NCBI RefSeq assembly: GCF_009914755.1 | Contig: NC_060925.1 | Source of the DNA: the human T2T-CHM13v2.0 reference genome, Homo sapiens | DNA: 64,000 bases | Strand: one strand, 5' to 3' | Shown here: positions 34,829 to 49,399 of the stretch, piece by piece | Layout of the letters: the number at the start of each line of letters is the position of its first letter | Position numbering within the stretch: position 1 is the first letter of the stretch | Program-made: the position numbers and the translations under genes | The notes under the pieces: model-generated | Database searches by the model: none | Seen by the model: the letters and a program-made list of their open reading frames with translations, nothing else | Told to the model about the DNA's origin: nothing

Positions 34829-35000
34829 CAAGGCTGGCCTCGGCCAACAGCAGGTAAGCAGGCACAAGCTCTACGGAGCTCAGGCCATACAGCTTCACAC
34901 GGAAGCGAAGGGACTGCAAAGCTGCTGGTACAGCATCTTCGTGTTTCCCTTCAAAGAGGTATTTCTGGGCTATGGTGTAGCAGAATTCAATCAAATACTT
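34829..35000 (-). CDS. ZMYND12: ZMYND12 exon 3 (KYLIEFCYTIAQKYLFEGKHEDAVPAALQSL...LLAEASL)
   Basis: Acceptor ttccacag|AAG and donor CTT G|gtgagt. 172 nt. Lies inside ORF 34821..35087. Confidence 0.93.
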
Positions 35001-35693
35001 CTGTGGAAGAGAGAAACAGACTATCTGAGACAGTCTAAAGTTAAAGGCAAAGGTGGATGTAGATGGCCCTGGGGATAAGGCCAACACCTAATGACCCAGT
35101 TAAAGGCACATAGTGAGCCTGCCTGTATTAGAGTGGACGTGAAGCCCCACATAAGTGATATAAGAAAGCAAACTCTGGACTATGAGTTCCTTAAGGCCCA
35201 GGAACATGTGTATTTTCATCTTAGTTCAGCGCTTGGCATAGATGAATGCTCAATATAGAGTTATCAGATGAATAAATGAGTATTGTTTTTACAGTTCTAA
35301 TAAAACTTTACTTTAGCAAAGCTAGCATGTCTCAGGACAATCTGAAACTTTCTGCCTTCCTAGTTGAGTTAATTTTGAGAGAAACATCTCATTTTCCCTT
35401 CCAGAATTATCCTGTTTAGCTAATATCACAAAAAACTTTAACTCTGCATTGTTCTAAGGCCACTATCAAAGTGTCATAACACTAAAATGGATGGATCTTA
35501 TGTTTAGAGATTTATGGCTTATAATAAGGGGCTAATTTTTTAGAGTGATTGAGATGCTCAATACTCAATAATACTCAACACTATACATAATAATAGTGGC
35601 AGGTTTTGGTAACCTCCTTTATTTATTCAGTAGTATATCCATACATCATTCTTAACCCTCCTATTATGTGGCCAGACTCTTGGCATCTGTGGA

Positions 35694-36097
35694 TGTTATG
35701 GGCTGAACTGTGTCCCCTGCCAAAATTCATGTGTTGAAGCCCTATCCTGCAGTCTGTCACATGACTATAATTGGAGCTAGGGCCTGTAGAGTGGTGATTA
35801 AGTTAGAATGAGGCCATTAGGGTGGGCCCTAACCTAATCTGACTTGTGTCTTTATAAAAAGAGGAAATTGGACACACAAAGAGATACCAGGCATGCTTGC
35901 ACACAAAGGACCATGTGAAGACACTGTAGGAAGGCAGCCATCTGAAAGCCAGGAAGAGAGGCCTCAGAAGAAACCAAACCTGCTGACCCCTTGATCTTGG
36001 ACTTCCCAGCCTCCAGAGCTGTGAGGAAATAAATGTATGCTGTTTGAGCCACCCAGTTTGTGATATTTGATTGTGACAGTGCTAGCAGACTAATACA
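35694..36097 (+). mobile_element. MLT1-type (MaLR) solo LTR
   Basis: TG...CA ends; tgttatgggctgaactgtgtcccc...ttgatcttggacttcccagcctccag...actaataca. Confidence 0.85.
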
Positions 36098-36279
36098 GTA
36101 AGTATTTAGTAAATGTGGAAAACAACAGACTGGATGGTGTTGAGGACTTAAAAAGATATAAAACAAAGTCTCTGCCCTCCGTGAGGTTACAATTTAGTGA
36201 TCCCAACACAGTTCGAGCCTTGTCTTGGGCAGCTTCACCGCACCTACGACTTAACCTTGGAAAGTGCCGTAGGCCCTAC

Positions 36280-36421
36280 CTGCCGCTGCTGCAGCTGCTG
36301 CAGGCCATGCTGCCGTTCTTCCTCTGAATTGTAGAAGGGCATGGAAGTGCGCAGTGGAATCAAGAGCTGACATATTTTCTCATGGATGCTGTCCCAGTCA
36401 GCCTTCTGATGTACCACCCCA
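36280..36421 (-). CDS. ZMYND12: ZMYND12 exon 2 ((C)GVVHQKADWDSIHEKICQLLIPLR...QQLQQRQ)
   Basis: Acceptor ttgtcag|T and donor CAG|gtaggg. 142 nt. Completes the MYND zinc finger (C-x3-H...W-x3-H-x3-C). Confidence 0.93.
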
Positions 36422-36675
36422 CTGACAACGGAAACATAGACTTTATGATCTTTATATTTGGCATGACTTAAGATTCCATTAACCCTCCTACTGGCCTATC
36501 CCTAGACACCAGAAAAGTAAGCCAAATACAAACCAGGCAGGGAGCTCAAAGCCATTTCTGAGACTCAAATCTCTTTCCTTTCATGTGGTTATTTGATGAT
36601 GTATAAACTGTGTTGGGATTGGAGAGTATGTTGTTTCTGCAGGCACACATTCACATTCTGAAGTCACACAGGGAT

Positions 36676-37725
36676 GCTGGCATGCAATTGCTCATAGTGT
36701 TCTCTTATAATCTCTTTTATTTCTGCAAGGTTGGTAGTAATGTCCTCACTTTCATTTCTGATTTTAGTAATCTGAATCTTCTTTTCTAGGCCAGTCAACC
36801 TAGCTAAAGGTTTGTCAATTTTGTTGGTCTTTTCAAGGAGCCAACTTTTGGTCTCATCAGTTCTCTCTGTAGTTTCTTTATTCTCTGTTTTATCTCTGCT
36901 ATAATCTTTAATTTTCCTTTCTTCTGCTAGCTTGTGTCTATACCCAACACAGGGCTGTGCATAAAGGAGTTTATAAATATGTTTTAGTTTGCTCTTCTTT
37001 TTCTAGTTTCTTAAGATGAAATGCTAGGTTACTGATTTGAGATCTTCTTTTCAATGTAATGTATATTAGTATAAATTCATATGAGTACTAAATTCATACA
37101 GTAACCTCTGAGTACTGCTTTGCCAGCATCTAAGTTTTAGTATGTTGTTTTTGTTTTCATTTATCTCAAAGCATTTTCTAATTTCCTTTGTAATTTCTTC
37201 TGTGACTCATTGGTTAAGAGTGTGTTATTTCTACATATTTGTAAATTTACCAAATTTCCTTGTTATTGACTACTAATTTCATTCCATGTAGGTGGAGAAC
37301 ATACTCTGTATGAAATCAATCTCTATAAATTTATTGAGATTTATTTTATGGTCTAATATATGTTCTATCCTGAATAATGTTCTATACGCACTAGAGAAGA
37401 ATAGGCATTCTCATGTTATTGAATGGTGTTCTACAGATACCTGTTAGGTCTAGTTGGTTTATAGCGTGATTCAAGTCTTATATTTCCTTGCTGATCTGTC
37501 TAATTGTTCTATGCATTACTGAAAGTGGGATATTTGATCTTCTATCTAGTTGTTCTATTCATTACTGAGAGTGGGATACTGGATCTTTCATCTAGTTGTT
37601 CTGTTCATCACTGAAGGTAGGATATTGAAGTCTTCAACCATTATTATTAAATTGTCTATTTTTCTCCCCAGTTCTGTCTGTTTTTGCTGCATGTATTTTG
37701 AGGCTCTGTTGTTAGATGCATAGTC
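36676..37725 (-). mobile_element. Old L1 ORF2 fragment with ~46-bp tandem triplication (37492-37627)
   Basis: T-rich antisense L1 phrases (tttgtcaattttgttggtcttttcaagg, gatattgaagtcttcaaccatt). Confidence 0.8.
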
Positions 37726-37824
37726 ATGGGTTTTTGCATTTCTATTGCTTATTACACATTTTCACTTAAATGTAAGTTAACTGTTTGATTCCATTTATAC
37801 ATATTTCAAAACAGGTAACAATAA

Positions 37825-37960
37825 TCTAGAGGAGGGATCAGAAAAGCTTTTCTGTAAAGGGTCAGATAAATATTTTAGGCTTGAGAGCTATAGGATCTCT
37901 GTTGCAACTACTCAACTCTGCTGTTGTAGCACAAAAGCAGCCACAGACAATATATAGCCA
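37825..37960. mobile_element. MER58-like fragment
   Basis: ttttctgtaaagggtcagataaatattttaggct...tctctgttgcaactactcaactctg. Confidence 0.7.
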
Positions 37961-38803
37961 TGTTCAAGCACCTTCTTGGACAATATTGCCACCTTCTTGG
38001 ACAATAGAAATGCAATTAAAGTATATTCTTTACAAGTTGTGACTGCTACCAAAGAAATGACAGAAACCATTTAAAATGTTTTTGGGGAGGTAGAGAATTA
38101 TTATAAACAGATCAATAAAAGCACTTAGCCAGGATATAGCTGAGTTCCACAGGGAATTTATCAAGTGGGGCTTGTAAGCAATGGAAATGTTAACTTAGAT
38201 GCCTGAACTTTTGTTCCACTGAGAGCCACTAACATATCTTGCCTTTCTAAATAAAGTGAGCTTTATTTATATATTTGCGGGCTCCCTGCTTATTGATCTG
38301 TCCCACCTGTAACACCTAACACAGGGTCAGGGATAAAGTAGGAATGGATAAATGCTTTCAATCAGGGCTCACAATTAAGTAGCTTGTGAGCCACATGTTT
38401 TGTTTGGCTATTATCATGTTTTTTTTTAAGCTGAATTTGAATATCTTTAGGTAGGGCATTCATTCTACAATTCACCACTGATCCTATAGCTTCCTATTAT
38501 TGAATACCACTTCACTGTTTGTTTTCTTAGTGATCTGCAATATTTTTTGCAATAATTTTTCCTTTTGTTTGACATATGAAGCGCAAATTTAAATGCCGTC
38601 ACTGGCCAGGAGAAGAAAACGAATGGTGAAGTGGTATTCAAGAACAGGAAGCAATAGTATTTGTAGTGAATTACAGAATGTACGCCCTGACTAAAGACAT
38701 TTAAATTCATGCAAACCTATGGTACTGAAGTCTCTTTTACTTGTCACCAATGTTTTAGTATGTACTTCCATAAAATTACCTTTTCTTAAAAATGTTCTAC
38801 TGT

Positions 38804-39121
<318 letters not shown>

Positions 39122-41065
39122 CTATTCTCTGAGAATGGTCATAATCCACTATAGAGCAATATGCACAAGATTACACACAATATATAAAATAAATGTATTC
39201 AGAGAAAAGAAGGAAATTCACCAAAATTTCAGGTTATTAATCCCTGGGTTGTGGGACTATGGCTTATTTTTCTTCTTGATTTTTTATATTTTCAGGTTTT
39301 CTGCAGTGAGCATGAATTGCAATTATAATCAGGAAAAAAATTCTTTTGCAGAAAAAAACTTTCACAAATTCAGACTGACTTTCTTGTTCCTTAAACTTGG
39401 GATGATGAAAAGGAACATTTACTGTGTGCCAACATGGTTCCAGGAAGGGTACTAGATGCTTTACATTCGACCATCAAAACCTATAGAACAACAACCTCAG
39501 TTTTGTTTTATCAAAAAATCTTGAAATCTGCAAGACCCAAAGACATAGAAATCTGGAGAAAAGGAAGCAAAAAAACAAAAGGAGAAGGTCTTAAAGAGAA
39601 TTAAAAGCAAGTAAAAGAAAAAAAATCGAAGATAAGGGCATAGAAGATGATAATTTATACATGCATTTATCAGATATTAGTGCCAACTATGTCTTTTTTT
39701 TCACATTTTTATTTTTTGGCCCAAGGGATAAAAGCACAAGTGCCAACTATTTCAAGACACTTTGCTAGAGACTATGGGGCATACAATGACAGGTCGGACA
39801 TAGATCAAAAGTTAGCATACTTGACAGTCCCTCTGTACACATTTGACATAGTATCTAGCATTAATGGAGCATAACAGAATTGAAATAACACACTCACCAA
39901 CAATTAAAATGAAGAGAAATATGAGTCATCTGAGAGATACAGAGTACTGTAAAGTTAGTTCAGAGGAAGAAGGAATTACTTCCGGCTGGAGGGATACAGA
40001 GGACAGGGGTGTTTTAAGGAAAAAGTCAGTGCTCACACCAAGCAAAAGGATTGAATCTTTCCCAAGCCTGAGTGGCAGGTTTTACCCACGGCGGTTTACT
40101 GGCCATCTCTCTGGGGGTGACCCAAAGGCCTCTTAAACTCTATGCCTACAACCAAATCTGATGCCCGTCATCTTTTCCCCGTGTTCCTTGCCCAAGTTAA
40201 TGGGTTTATTATCCATTTAGTTTTATTCAACAGATGTTCATTGAGTGTCTGGTATGTGTGGCCACTGGGTCTAGTAAAAGACATAGACATCAGACAAGCA
40301 AACACAATAATATAAAAGTACAGAAAAAGCAAAGAAAAATGGTACTGTGAGAGAGAAAAGTATGACGGGGAGTTGAGACTGGGTTTAGACCTCTTTGAAG
40401 AAATGACATTTAAACTGAGAACTGAAGGATGAAAGGGAGCCAGGAAGGCTTGTAGTTGAAGGGGAGGTTCCTAGCAGAGAGAACAGACTGGGAAAAGAAA
40501 CTGAGGGAAGAAAGGGCTTAGCAAATTAGAACTTCAGTTCTCTATAACTACAGCAAAGAAAAAATGGGGTGAGTGTGGTGGGAAGTGAAGGTAGAGAAAT
40601 AACCAGGGCCTTGTATTTTCTGTTACAAATTCTTAATTATATTCTAAAGGCAAGGAAGCCACCAAAGAGGAGATAGCAATGAAAACACAGATACCATCCC
40701 TGCCCTTGTGGGGCATACAGCCTAATGAAGGAAATAAATAAATGATTTCAGTCCATGTCCTAAGTGTTAGGATAGGGGACATACTCAGTGCTTTGAGAGC
40801 ACTGAGGAAGGACACCTAGGCCAGTATGAGAAGGTACTGCAACAGCTTCTTGATCTGTTATGCAGCCGTCAGTGTCTACCTTCCTCTGTATCTGCCACAC
40901 TGCAGCCCATCCTCTTTCCTTAACACAAATGAGAGCATGTCAGCTCAAAACCATTCATGGTTTCCCAGGAGATAAATTCCAAACCCTTGATCTCATGTCA
41001 CTGTCTAGCCCTAACCTTTATCTTCTTGGTTTAAACTTCTACTACCTATCACAATGATGTTCCAA

Positions 41066-41312
<247 letters not shown>

Positions 41313-41524
41313 TAAGAAACAATTCAGGTAGGATTAACCTGATACTTTCTACTCATTCTGTGCTCTTTTTTGTTGTTGTTGTTTTCTCTAAATGGTGATT
41401 GTGACTTATTCATAAACTGCTAAAGGGCCCTGGCCTGCAGTTTGAAAATCACTGACTGCTCCCTCCACTACTACGTTCTCCACTCGGCCCTTAGCAAACT
41501 CTGTTCTTTTGCCATTTGCCCTAG

Positions 41525-42065
<541 letters not shown>

Positions 42066-42249
42066 TGACGAATAAGTGGGAGATGAGACAGACGAGGCCA
42101 CGGGAGTCTTAGGGGCCTGTCTTAAAGCCGTTTTGAGGTGTCCCTTGCAGAGTCAGGGGCAACGGCTAACGCAAGGTACCCAAGCCAGACCCGGGAAAGG
42201 GAGAGAGGGAGGGAGTTATAGCGCCCAGGTGCCACGTTTCAGGGCCTAC

Positions 42250-42359
42250 CAGTAATAAGTGACTGTGCAGGCCGCGCACACCCGCTCGGCTGGGGCTTCG
42301 CACACCTCACAGCAGAGTCTGCGCCCCTTGGGGACTGCCAGTGGGTAGATCACATTCAT
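42250..42359 (-). CDS. ZMYND12: ZMYND12 exon 1 coding part (MNVIYPLAVPKGRRLCCEVCEAPAERVCAACTVTYYC)
   Basis: ATG at 42359-42357. CxxC...CxxC...YYC start of the MYND finger. Donor TG|gtaggc. The eight exons sum to 1098 nt = 365 aa + stop. Confidence 0.93.
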
Positions 42360-42927
42360 GGTGCAGCCAGCAGTGCTGGTCTCTAAGACGGTTGCCCAGC
42401 AAGGATACGCTGAACCCCGGCGTCACGTGACGATCGCGGGGCTGCGTACTTGCCAGCATTTCAAGGGCAGAGGGCGGCGGGACGTGACTCGACTAACATC
42501 TGGGTGTATTGCTGAAGTTGGAAAAGGGGAAGAAAGAAAGAAAAAGCAGCACAAAACCCACAAGTCCCACGGGTCAAATGGCCGAGAAACGACTCCCAAG
42601 GAGTCCAAGTCCAGAAAGGCCCGTACAGTGGCCGGTAAGGGTCAAACATGGCCAGTTCTTCACCCAGGCTAGGAAACGAACGTGAGGGAACGTGACCCTA
42701 CCAGATGCCCACCCAGCCGGGGATCCCCCTCGTTGCAGTGTCACTTTCGCTGGGCTCTGGGGCAGAACAACTACGCATTTCCAGACTTGGCGAGATCGGG
42801 ACCTAGTGTCAAAAGAAGGGTAGTGAACCGCCCACTCAGTACGGCGCGGCGCGTACACCAGGTAGGCGAGAAGGGGCGTGGCGCGGCGGCCGCGAAACGT
42901 GCGCAGGCGCCGGCCGCTGCGCTGCAG

Positions 42928-43435
42928 ATGGCGGAAATGGATCCGGTAGCCGAGTTCCCCCAGCCTCCCGGTGCTGCGCGCTGGGCTGAGGTTATGGCTC
43001 GCTTCGCGGCCAGGCTGGGCGCGCAGGGCCGGCGGGTGGTGTTGGTTACGTCAGGCGGCACCAAGGTCCCACTGGAAGCGCGGCCGGTGCGCTTCCTGGA
43101 CAACTTCAGCAGCGGGCGGCGCGGTGCAACCTCGGCCGAGGCCTTCCTAGCCGCCGGCTACGGGGTCCTGTTCTTGTATCGCGCTCGCTCTGCCTTCCCC
43201 TATGCCCACCGCTTCCCACCCCAGACTTGGCTGTCCGCTCTGCGGCCTTCGGGCCCAGCCCTTTCGGGCTTGCTGAGCCTGGAGGCCGAGGAGAATGCAC
43301 TTCCGGGTTTTGCTGAGGCTCTGAGGAGCTACCAGGAGGCTGCGGCTGCAGGCACCTTCCTGGCAGTAGAGTTCACCACTTTGGCGGACTATTTGCATCT
43401 GTTGCAGGCTGCGGCCCAGGCACTCAATCCGCTAG
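42928..43435 (+). CDS. PPCS: Phosphopantothenate-cysteine ligase exon 1
   Basis: [10 protein letters not shown]...[26 protein letters not shown] (CoaB/DFP motif). Donor CTA G|gtgcgt. 508 nt. Confidence 0.96.
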
Positions 43436-43608
43436 GTGCGTGCCCTAGGAGTACCCCTTTTGCCTGGAAGCACAGCCTTTCTTTCCAGCCACTTATCCCC
43501 TTACCTCCTGCTTACCCACGGATCTCAGCTGGGGAACCCGAGTTGAGAAGGAGCTGATCCTATATCGTACCTCGCCGATTTGTTAACACCTTGTGTTTCT
43601 CTTTGCAG

Positions 43609-43712
43609 GCCCTTCTGCGATGTTTTACCTGGCTGCGGCTGTGTCAGATTTCTATGTTCCTGTCTCTGAAATGCCTGAACACAAGATCCAGTCATCTGGG
43701 GGCCCACTGCAG
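43609..43712 (+). CDS. PPCS: PPCS exon 2 ([35 protein letters not shown])
   Basis: Acceptor ctttgcag|GC and donor CAG|gtgatg. Contains the AAVSDF motif. 104 nt. Confidence 0.96.
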
Positions 43713-43923
43713 GTGATGGGCGCTTCTCTTCCAGAGATCTAATCCCATATAACCAATCTTGGGTTAATTTCCTCTTGATCTGGAGATGGCCTTTCTGCAT
43801 CTGTATTCGCTAGGCACAGGGGATACAGAGATGAATAAGACACCGCCCTCCCTCATGGACCTCACAATCTAGTGAGGGAGCTGGACACAGACATAATTAC
43901 AATACAGAGTGATAAATGCTCTA

Positions 43924-44646
<723 letters not shown>

Positions 44647-45517
44647 TTAGTTGGGGGCTATTGTAGGTTAAGGAAGAAATATGGATAAGGTAGATGTGGT
44701 TGTGATTTTAGATTTTTGGAACCTTCAGGAGTTCTTAGTCATTTATTGGGTGATACAGGTAGGATTTTATTAGGAGAAACTCTTATCTGTGGGGCATTTG
44801 CCGACTTTGTAGAATAGTTTATTGAGGTCCTACACTGCTGTAGGACTTAGAGATGAAAGCAGTGAAAAGAAACATACCCTGCCTTTGTGTTGCTTCCTCT
44901 GCAGAGGAGACAATAAATAAGTCAAATACATAACTCGTTTAGTAGTGATAAATGCTAAGGAGAAAAATAAAGTATAAATAAACTGGTATATGATCCCTAT
45001 CACACTAACAGCTTTTTTTTAGGGCAAAGTCTGATGATTAGCTTAGTGATTTCACGCTTTTTAATCTCTGGGATCTTTAGTTTATCCCACAGTTTTTAGT
45101 TCTATCTTGAAAGTAACAAAGCAACTGAACATTACCCTGAGAAGGGATTGGGGATGAGGTACTAGGAGTTTTGGTCAAGTGAAAATAAAATCAGTTTCCT
45201 CACTGCTAAGTTGTGTTACATGTGACAATTTAAAAATGGAATCTAATAGCCATTCTACCAATGCAAGAAATATTTTAGGCTGAGAGGTTTAAAAACCCAA
45301 CTTTATTTAGGCTTCTGCCAAATATTTGTATGAACAGATTATTTGTATCTGTTTATTTGAGGGTTTGGTTCAAAAATAAAGGGACATGCTTGAGAAAATA
45401 TTAATGGTGGTAAGGTTGGCAGAGCATGGCAGGGCTTATTCAGAAGGCATGGTTTGCCCCAGAATATGTATGGAGCCTTGAATTTAGGCATCGCTGTGAA
45501 CTCTACAGAGCCAAGGC

Positions 45518-45815
45518 TTTTTTTTTTTTTTTTTTTTTTGTGAGACAAGGTGTCGCTCTGTTGCCCAGGCTGAAGTGCAGTGGCATGAACACAGCTCACT
45601 GCAGCCTCAACCTTCCAGGCTCAAGTGATCTTCCCATCTCAGCCTCCTGAGTAGCTGGGACTACAGGTGGGTGCCACCATGCTTGGCTAATTTTTGTATT
45701 TTTTTGTAGAGACATGGTTTTGCCATGTTGCCCAGGCTGGTCTTGAACTGGGCTCAAGCGATCCACCCATCCTGGCCTTCCAAAGTGCTGGGATTACAGG
45801 CCAAGCCACTGTGTT
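45518..45815 (-). mobile_element. AluJ (PPCS intron 2)
   Basis: Diverged full Alu. Confidence 0.9.
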
Positions 45816-45963
45816 CCCCTAAGACTTTTTAAACTAAACATTTAACTGAAAAGTTTGATGGTTGAGAAATCCCACTTAAATTTAATTCCTTAGTTTCCCA
45901 TGAGATTGACCTGGTAGGTAATGACCATTGTTTGCTTATTAAGCTTTTCTTTTTCCAATACAG

Positions 45964-46287
45964 ATAACAATGAAGATGGTGCCAAAACTGCTTTCTCCTT
46001 TGGTTAAAGATTGGGCTCCCAAAGCATTTATAATTTCCTTTAAGTTGGAGACTGACCCCGCCATTGTAATTAATCGAGCTCGGAAGGCTTTGGAAATTTA
46101 TCAGCATCAAGTGGTGGTGGCTAATATCCTTGAGTCACGACAGTCCTTTGTGTTTATTGTAACCAAAGACTCGGAAACCAAGTTATTGCTATCAGAGGAA
46201 GAAATAGAAAAAGGCGTAGAGATAGAAGAGAAGATAGTGGATAATCTTCAGTCTCGACACACAGCTTTTATAGGTGACAGAAACTGA
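45964..46287 (+). CDS. PPCS: PPCS exon 3 (last; ITMKMVPKLL...FKLET...VVAN...GDRN*)
   Basis: Acceptor ttccaatacag|ATA. 324 nt. Total CDS 936 nt = 311 aa. Confidence 0.96.
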   Translation: MTMKMVPKLLSPLVKDWAPKAFIISFKLETDPAIVINRARKALEIYQHQVVVANILESRQSFVFIVTKDSETKLLLSEEEIEKGVEIEEKIVDNLQSRHTAFIGDRN

Positions 46288-46737
46288 AGTAAAAAGCCCT
46301 TATAGGATCAAAAATTGTTCAGGGCTCTTAGAGATGGTGAAAACTACAAAAAAAACCATGGCTTTCATATGGACAGATAAAATGAAAGAAAGGGAAAAGG
46401 CAGTGGTGTGTAGGCAAATATGGTTTGGCATTTGTCTTTTAATGACACCTGATATGATGTCATTTTGATTTTGAAATTGAACACTAGAACTGTTAATCAC
46501 CTTTAAAAAGAAGAGCTTATTGGGAATTATATATTCCTTAAAATATACATGGGGGCCTGAATGTCAGCCATCTTTATACTATAGAAAAAGGATTATGGAT
46601 GCATGAATGGTCATGCTTTGGAGATCAAATATTGGTTGAATGCCTATGTATGTCAGGCCCTGTGCTGAGCCATGAGGATTAAAAAGATGAATAAACATAT
46701 CTTGTTTAGGAAATGGATGTATAAAAAAATCAAGTGC

Positions 46738-46743
46738 AATAAA
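46738..46743 (+). terminator. PPCS: PPCS poly(A) signal AATAAA (second candidate 46690-46695)
   Basis: AATAAA followed about 35 nt later by the GU-rich tract tgttttgttttgtttg. Confidence 0.7.
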
Positions 46744-47705
46744 GTGTGTGTCCAAAAGCTGACACAATGGAAAGGATGTTTTGTTTTGTTTGAAATTTAT
46801 CAAATATAGTAGTAGGAAAGAAGGATACCTCCCTGAAGATAGATTGTAGAATGGTGAGCTTTTCACTGCATTTACTTTTTGCTTCTTATTGTAGATTCAC
46901 CTCATGTTTGGGTAATAGTTTACATTTCAAGTATTTTAGGACTGCTTTTCAGTTTAACTTAATATGTCCTTCCACCTGGGACCAGGCAGGGGCCACTTGG
47001 TGATCTCTGTCCTGAGGGATGCATTACAGTGTGGTAGAGTATGGGCTAGAAGTCAACTTAGCCAGCTGTGCCACCTATTAGCTTTATAAACTTAGGCATT
47101 TGACTTAATCTCAGTGTCCACATGCATAAAATGAGGATAATCTCTCTGCAAAGTAATGCCATTTATTGTGAGGATCAAATGAAATAGCAAAAAGAAAGCA
47201 TCAGTCTGGTGCCTAGCATTTGATTCACACTCACTAAATGGTTGCAATTATTGTTTTTCTCACTTAGCAAAGCAGTGTTACACCACTGCCCTGCTTAATC
47301 TTTGAATCCTTGAGAATCTTTGAAAAACTTTCAATACTTCTCTTGCTGTCCTACGTTTTGGGTTTGGAGTGCACAAGTAGCATAGTGCAAAAAAATTCCC
47401 TAAATGATCTGTAGGATAGTCCAGGTGCAATTTGAAAAATTAGCATTGATGACTAAGGTAGAAGCAGGTACTGTGTTTCACATAAATATTTGACTTAAAA
47501 TACAATTCATGGTGTTTCATGGAGTAGGGAAGGGTAGCCCCTGTGTCTGTCTGATAATAGAAGTACAATAAATTTAATTGAGAAGATTTGACAGAAATTC
47601 TAAGACTGAAATACTTCATTAATCAGGAAATGTGACCTTGAACAGAGGAAAAATACTGCAGCAGTCAAGACTGTTCTGGAAGCAGCAGTCCCTTTGAACA
47701 AAAAA

Positions 47706-48205
<500 letters not shown>

Positions 48206-49399
48206 ACCCAGGCTCCTTTGACAATGATTTTAAGTGAACTTCAGGTCCAATTTGCAAAACCCCAAAAGCAGTGGGCTCTGTCAGTGGCTGCAGTACTGAA
48301 GGGCAAGAAGTAGAATATGTTCTTCTCTGCATTCATAGCTTTATGTGGATGATGACTGTCATCTTTGAATGTACAATGGGGATATATGGGGTTAAAAGTA
48401 GAAGTGATCTTAATGTTTGTCTTTACCATAATTATTACCTCCCTTGGGAATTTTATATCCTGTCTTGTTAACGCTTAAAAACAATCAGTGTTCTACATGA
48501 AATTATTTAGTGTTTTCCACTTCAGTTTAATTTATATTCAGAGCACTTAGATTATTTACACAAGTAAAAATTCCAGGGGGGTGGGGGAGAGTGTGTGTGT
48601 GTGTTTTAATAGCAAATGGAAGTGTATAAAGAAAAGGAACATGAGTCAATGAGGGTAACTAAGAACCTGATCTTGGATGGAGGATCAAGGAATGTCTCCC
48701 TGAGTAGGTGATACTTAAACTGATAAACAGGAGTGAAGTGGGCTACAAGTGCTGGTGGTGAGCCTTTTAGTTCAGAAAAAAACACTTGCAAGAGGTCTAG
48801 TGCCAGAAGGAGAGGTTGAGGCACTTTATTATATAAAGAGTAAAATACGTCCGGATAATGCATGTAGAACCAGCAAAAATTTGTGAAGTATTCTCTTGGG
48901 GAACTAGAGTAAGACCAAGAAATGTTGTGTTTGGGATACCAGCAAAGCAAGGGCCCCCAAAACATGACTAAAATCGAGTTTGATAATTAACTAGAATTTT
49001 GCAATAAGAGCATCTAAAAAGATGATATAAATTGAGTATGTTAAATTTTGTGTCATTTATAAGTTTTTATTTTGCATTACATAGGTGGGGAAGATAACGT
49101 TCATCTTACCTGAATTTTCAGTGCTTAGGACTTCTAAAGGGCTTCAGCCTTAGGGACAATTCTAGTCAAGCCCAGTTTCTTCCTTTTTACAATAATAAGC
49201 TGGATCCAAAAATTGTGATTTATCTTACGTGCCCCACGTGGCTAGTGACACGATCTAGGCCTAAAATTCAGAGCTCTTGAGCTAGCACTTCCTGCCCCTT
49301 TAAGAATGAAGGAACTTGTAGAAAAATAAATCCAAGGTTAGTAGGCAGGGGCTCCAGCTGAGTCCTGGCGGGAAGTTCTTTGAGAGCTAGAACGCCCCA

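Larger units (their letters stand above)
42200..43450. promoter_or_regulatory. CpG island / bidirectional promoter ZMYND12(-)/PPCS(+)
   Basis: Dense CpG. The two ATGs are separated by 568 nt. Motifs: X-box-like GTTGCCCAGCAAG 42391-42403, palindromic CGTCACGTGACG 42421-42432, ACTAC...TTCCAGA (ZNF143-like) 42770-42785, NRF1-like TGCGCAGGCGC 42900-42910, YY1-like CAGATGGCGG over the PPCS ATG. Confidence 0.9.

Noticed and set aside
43436-43557. C-terminal part of ORF 42682..43557
   Set aside because: Read-through into the 173-nt PPCS intron 1; relevant only if the intron is retained, and then a likely NMD target.
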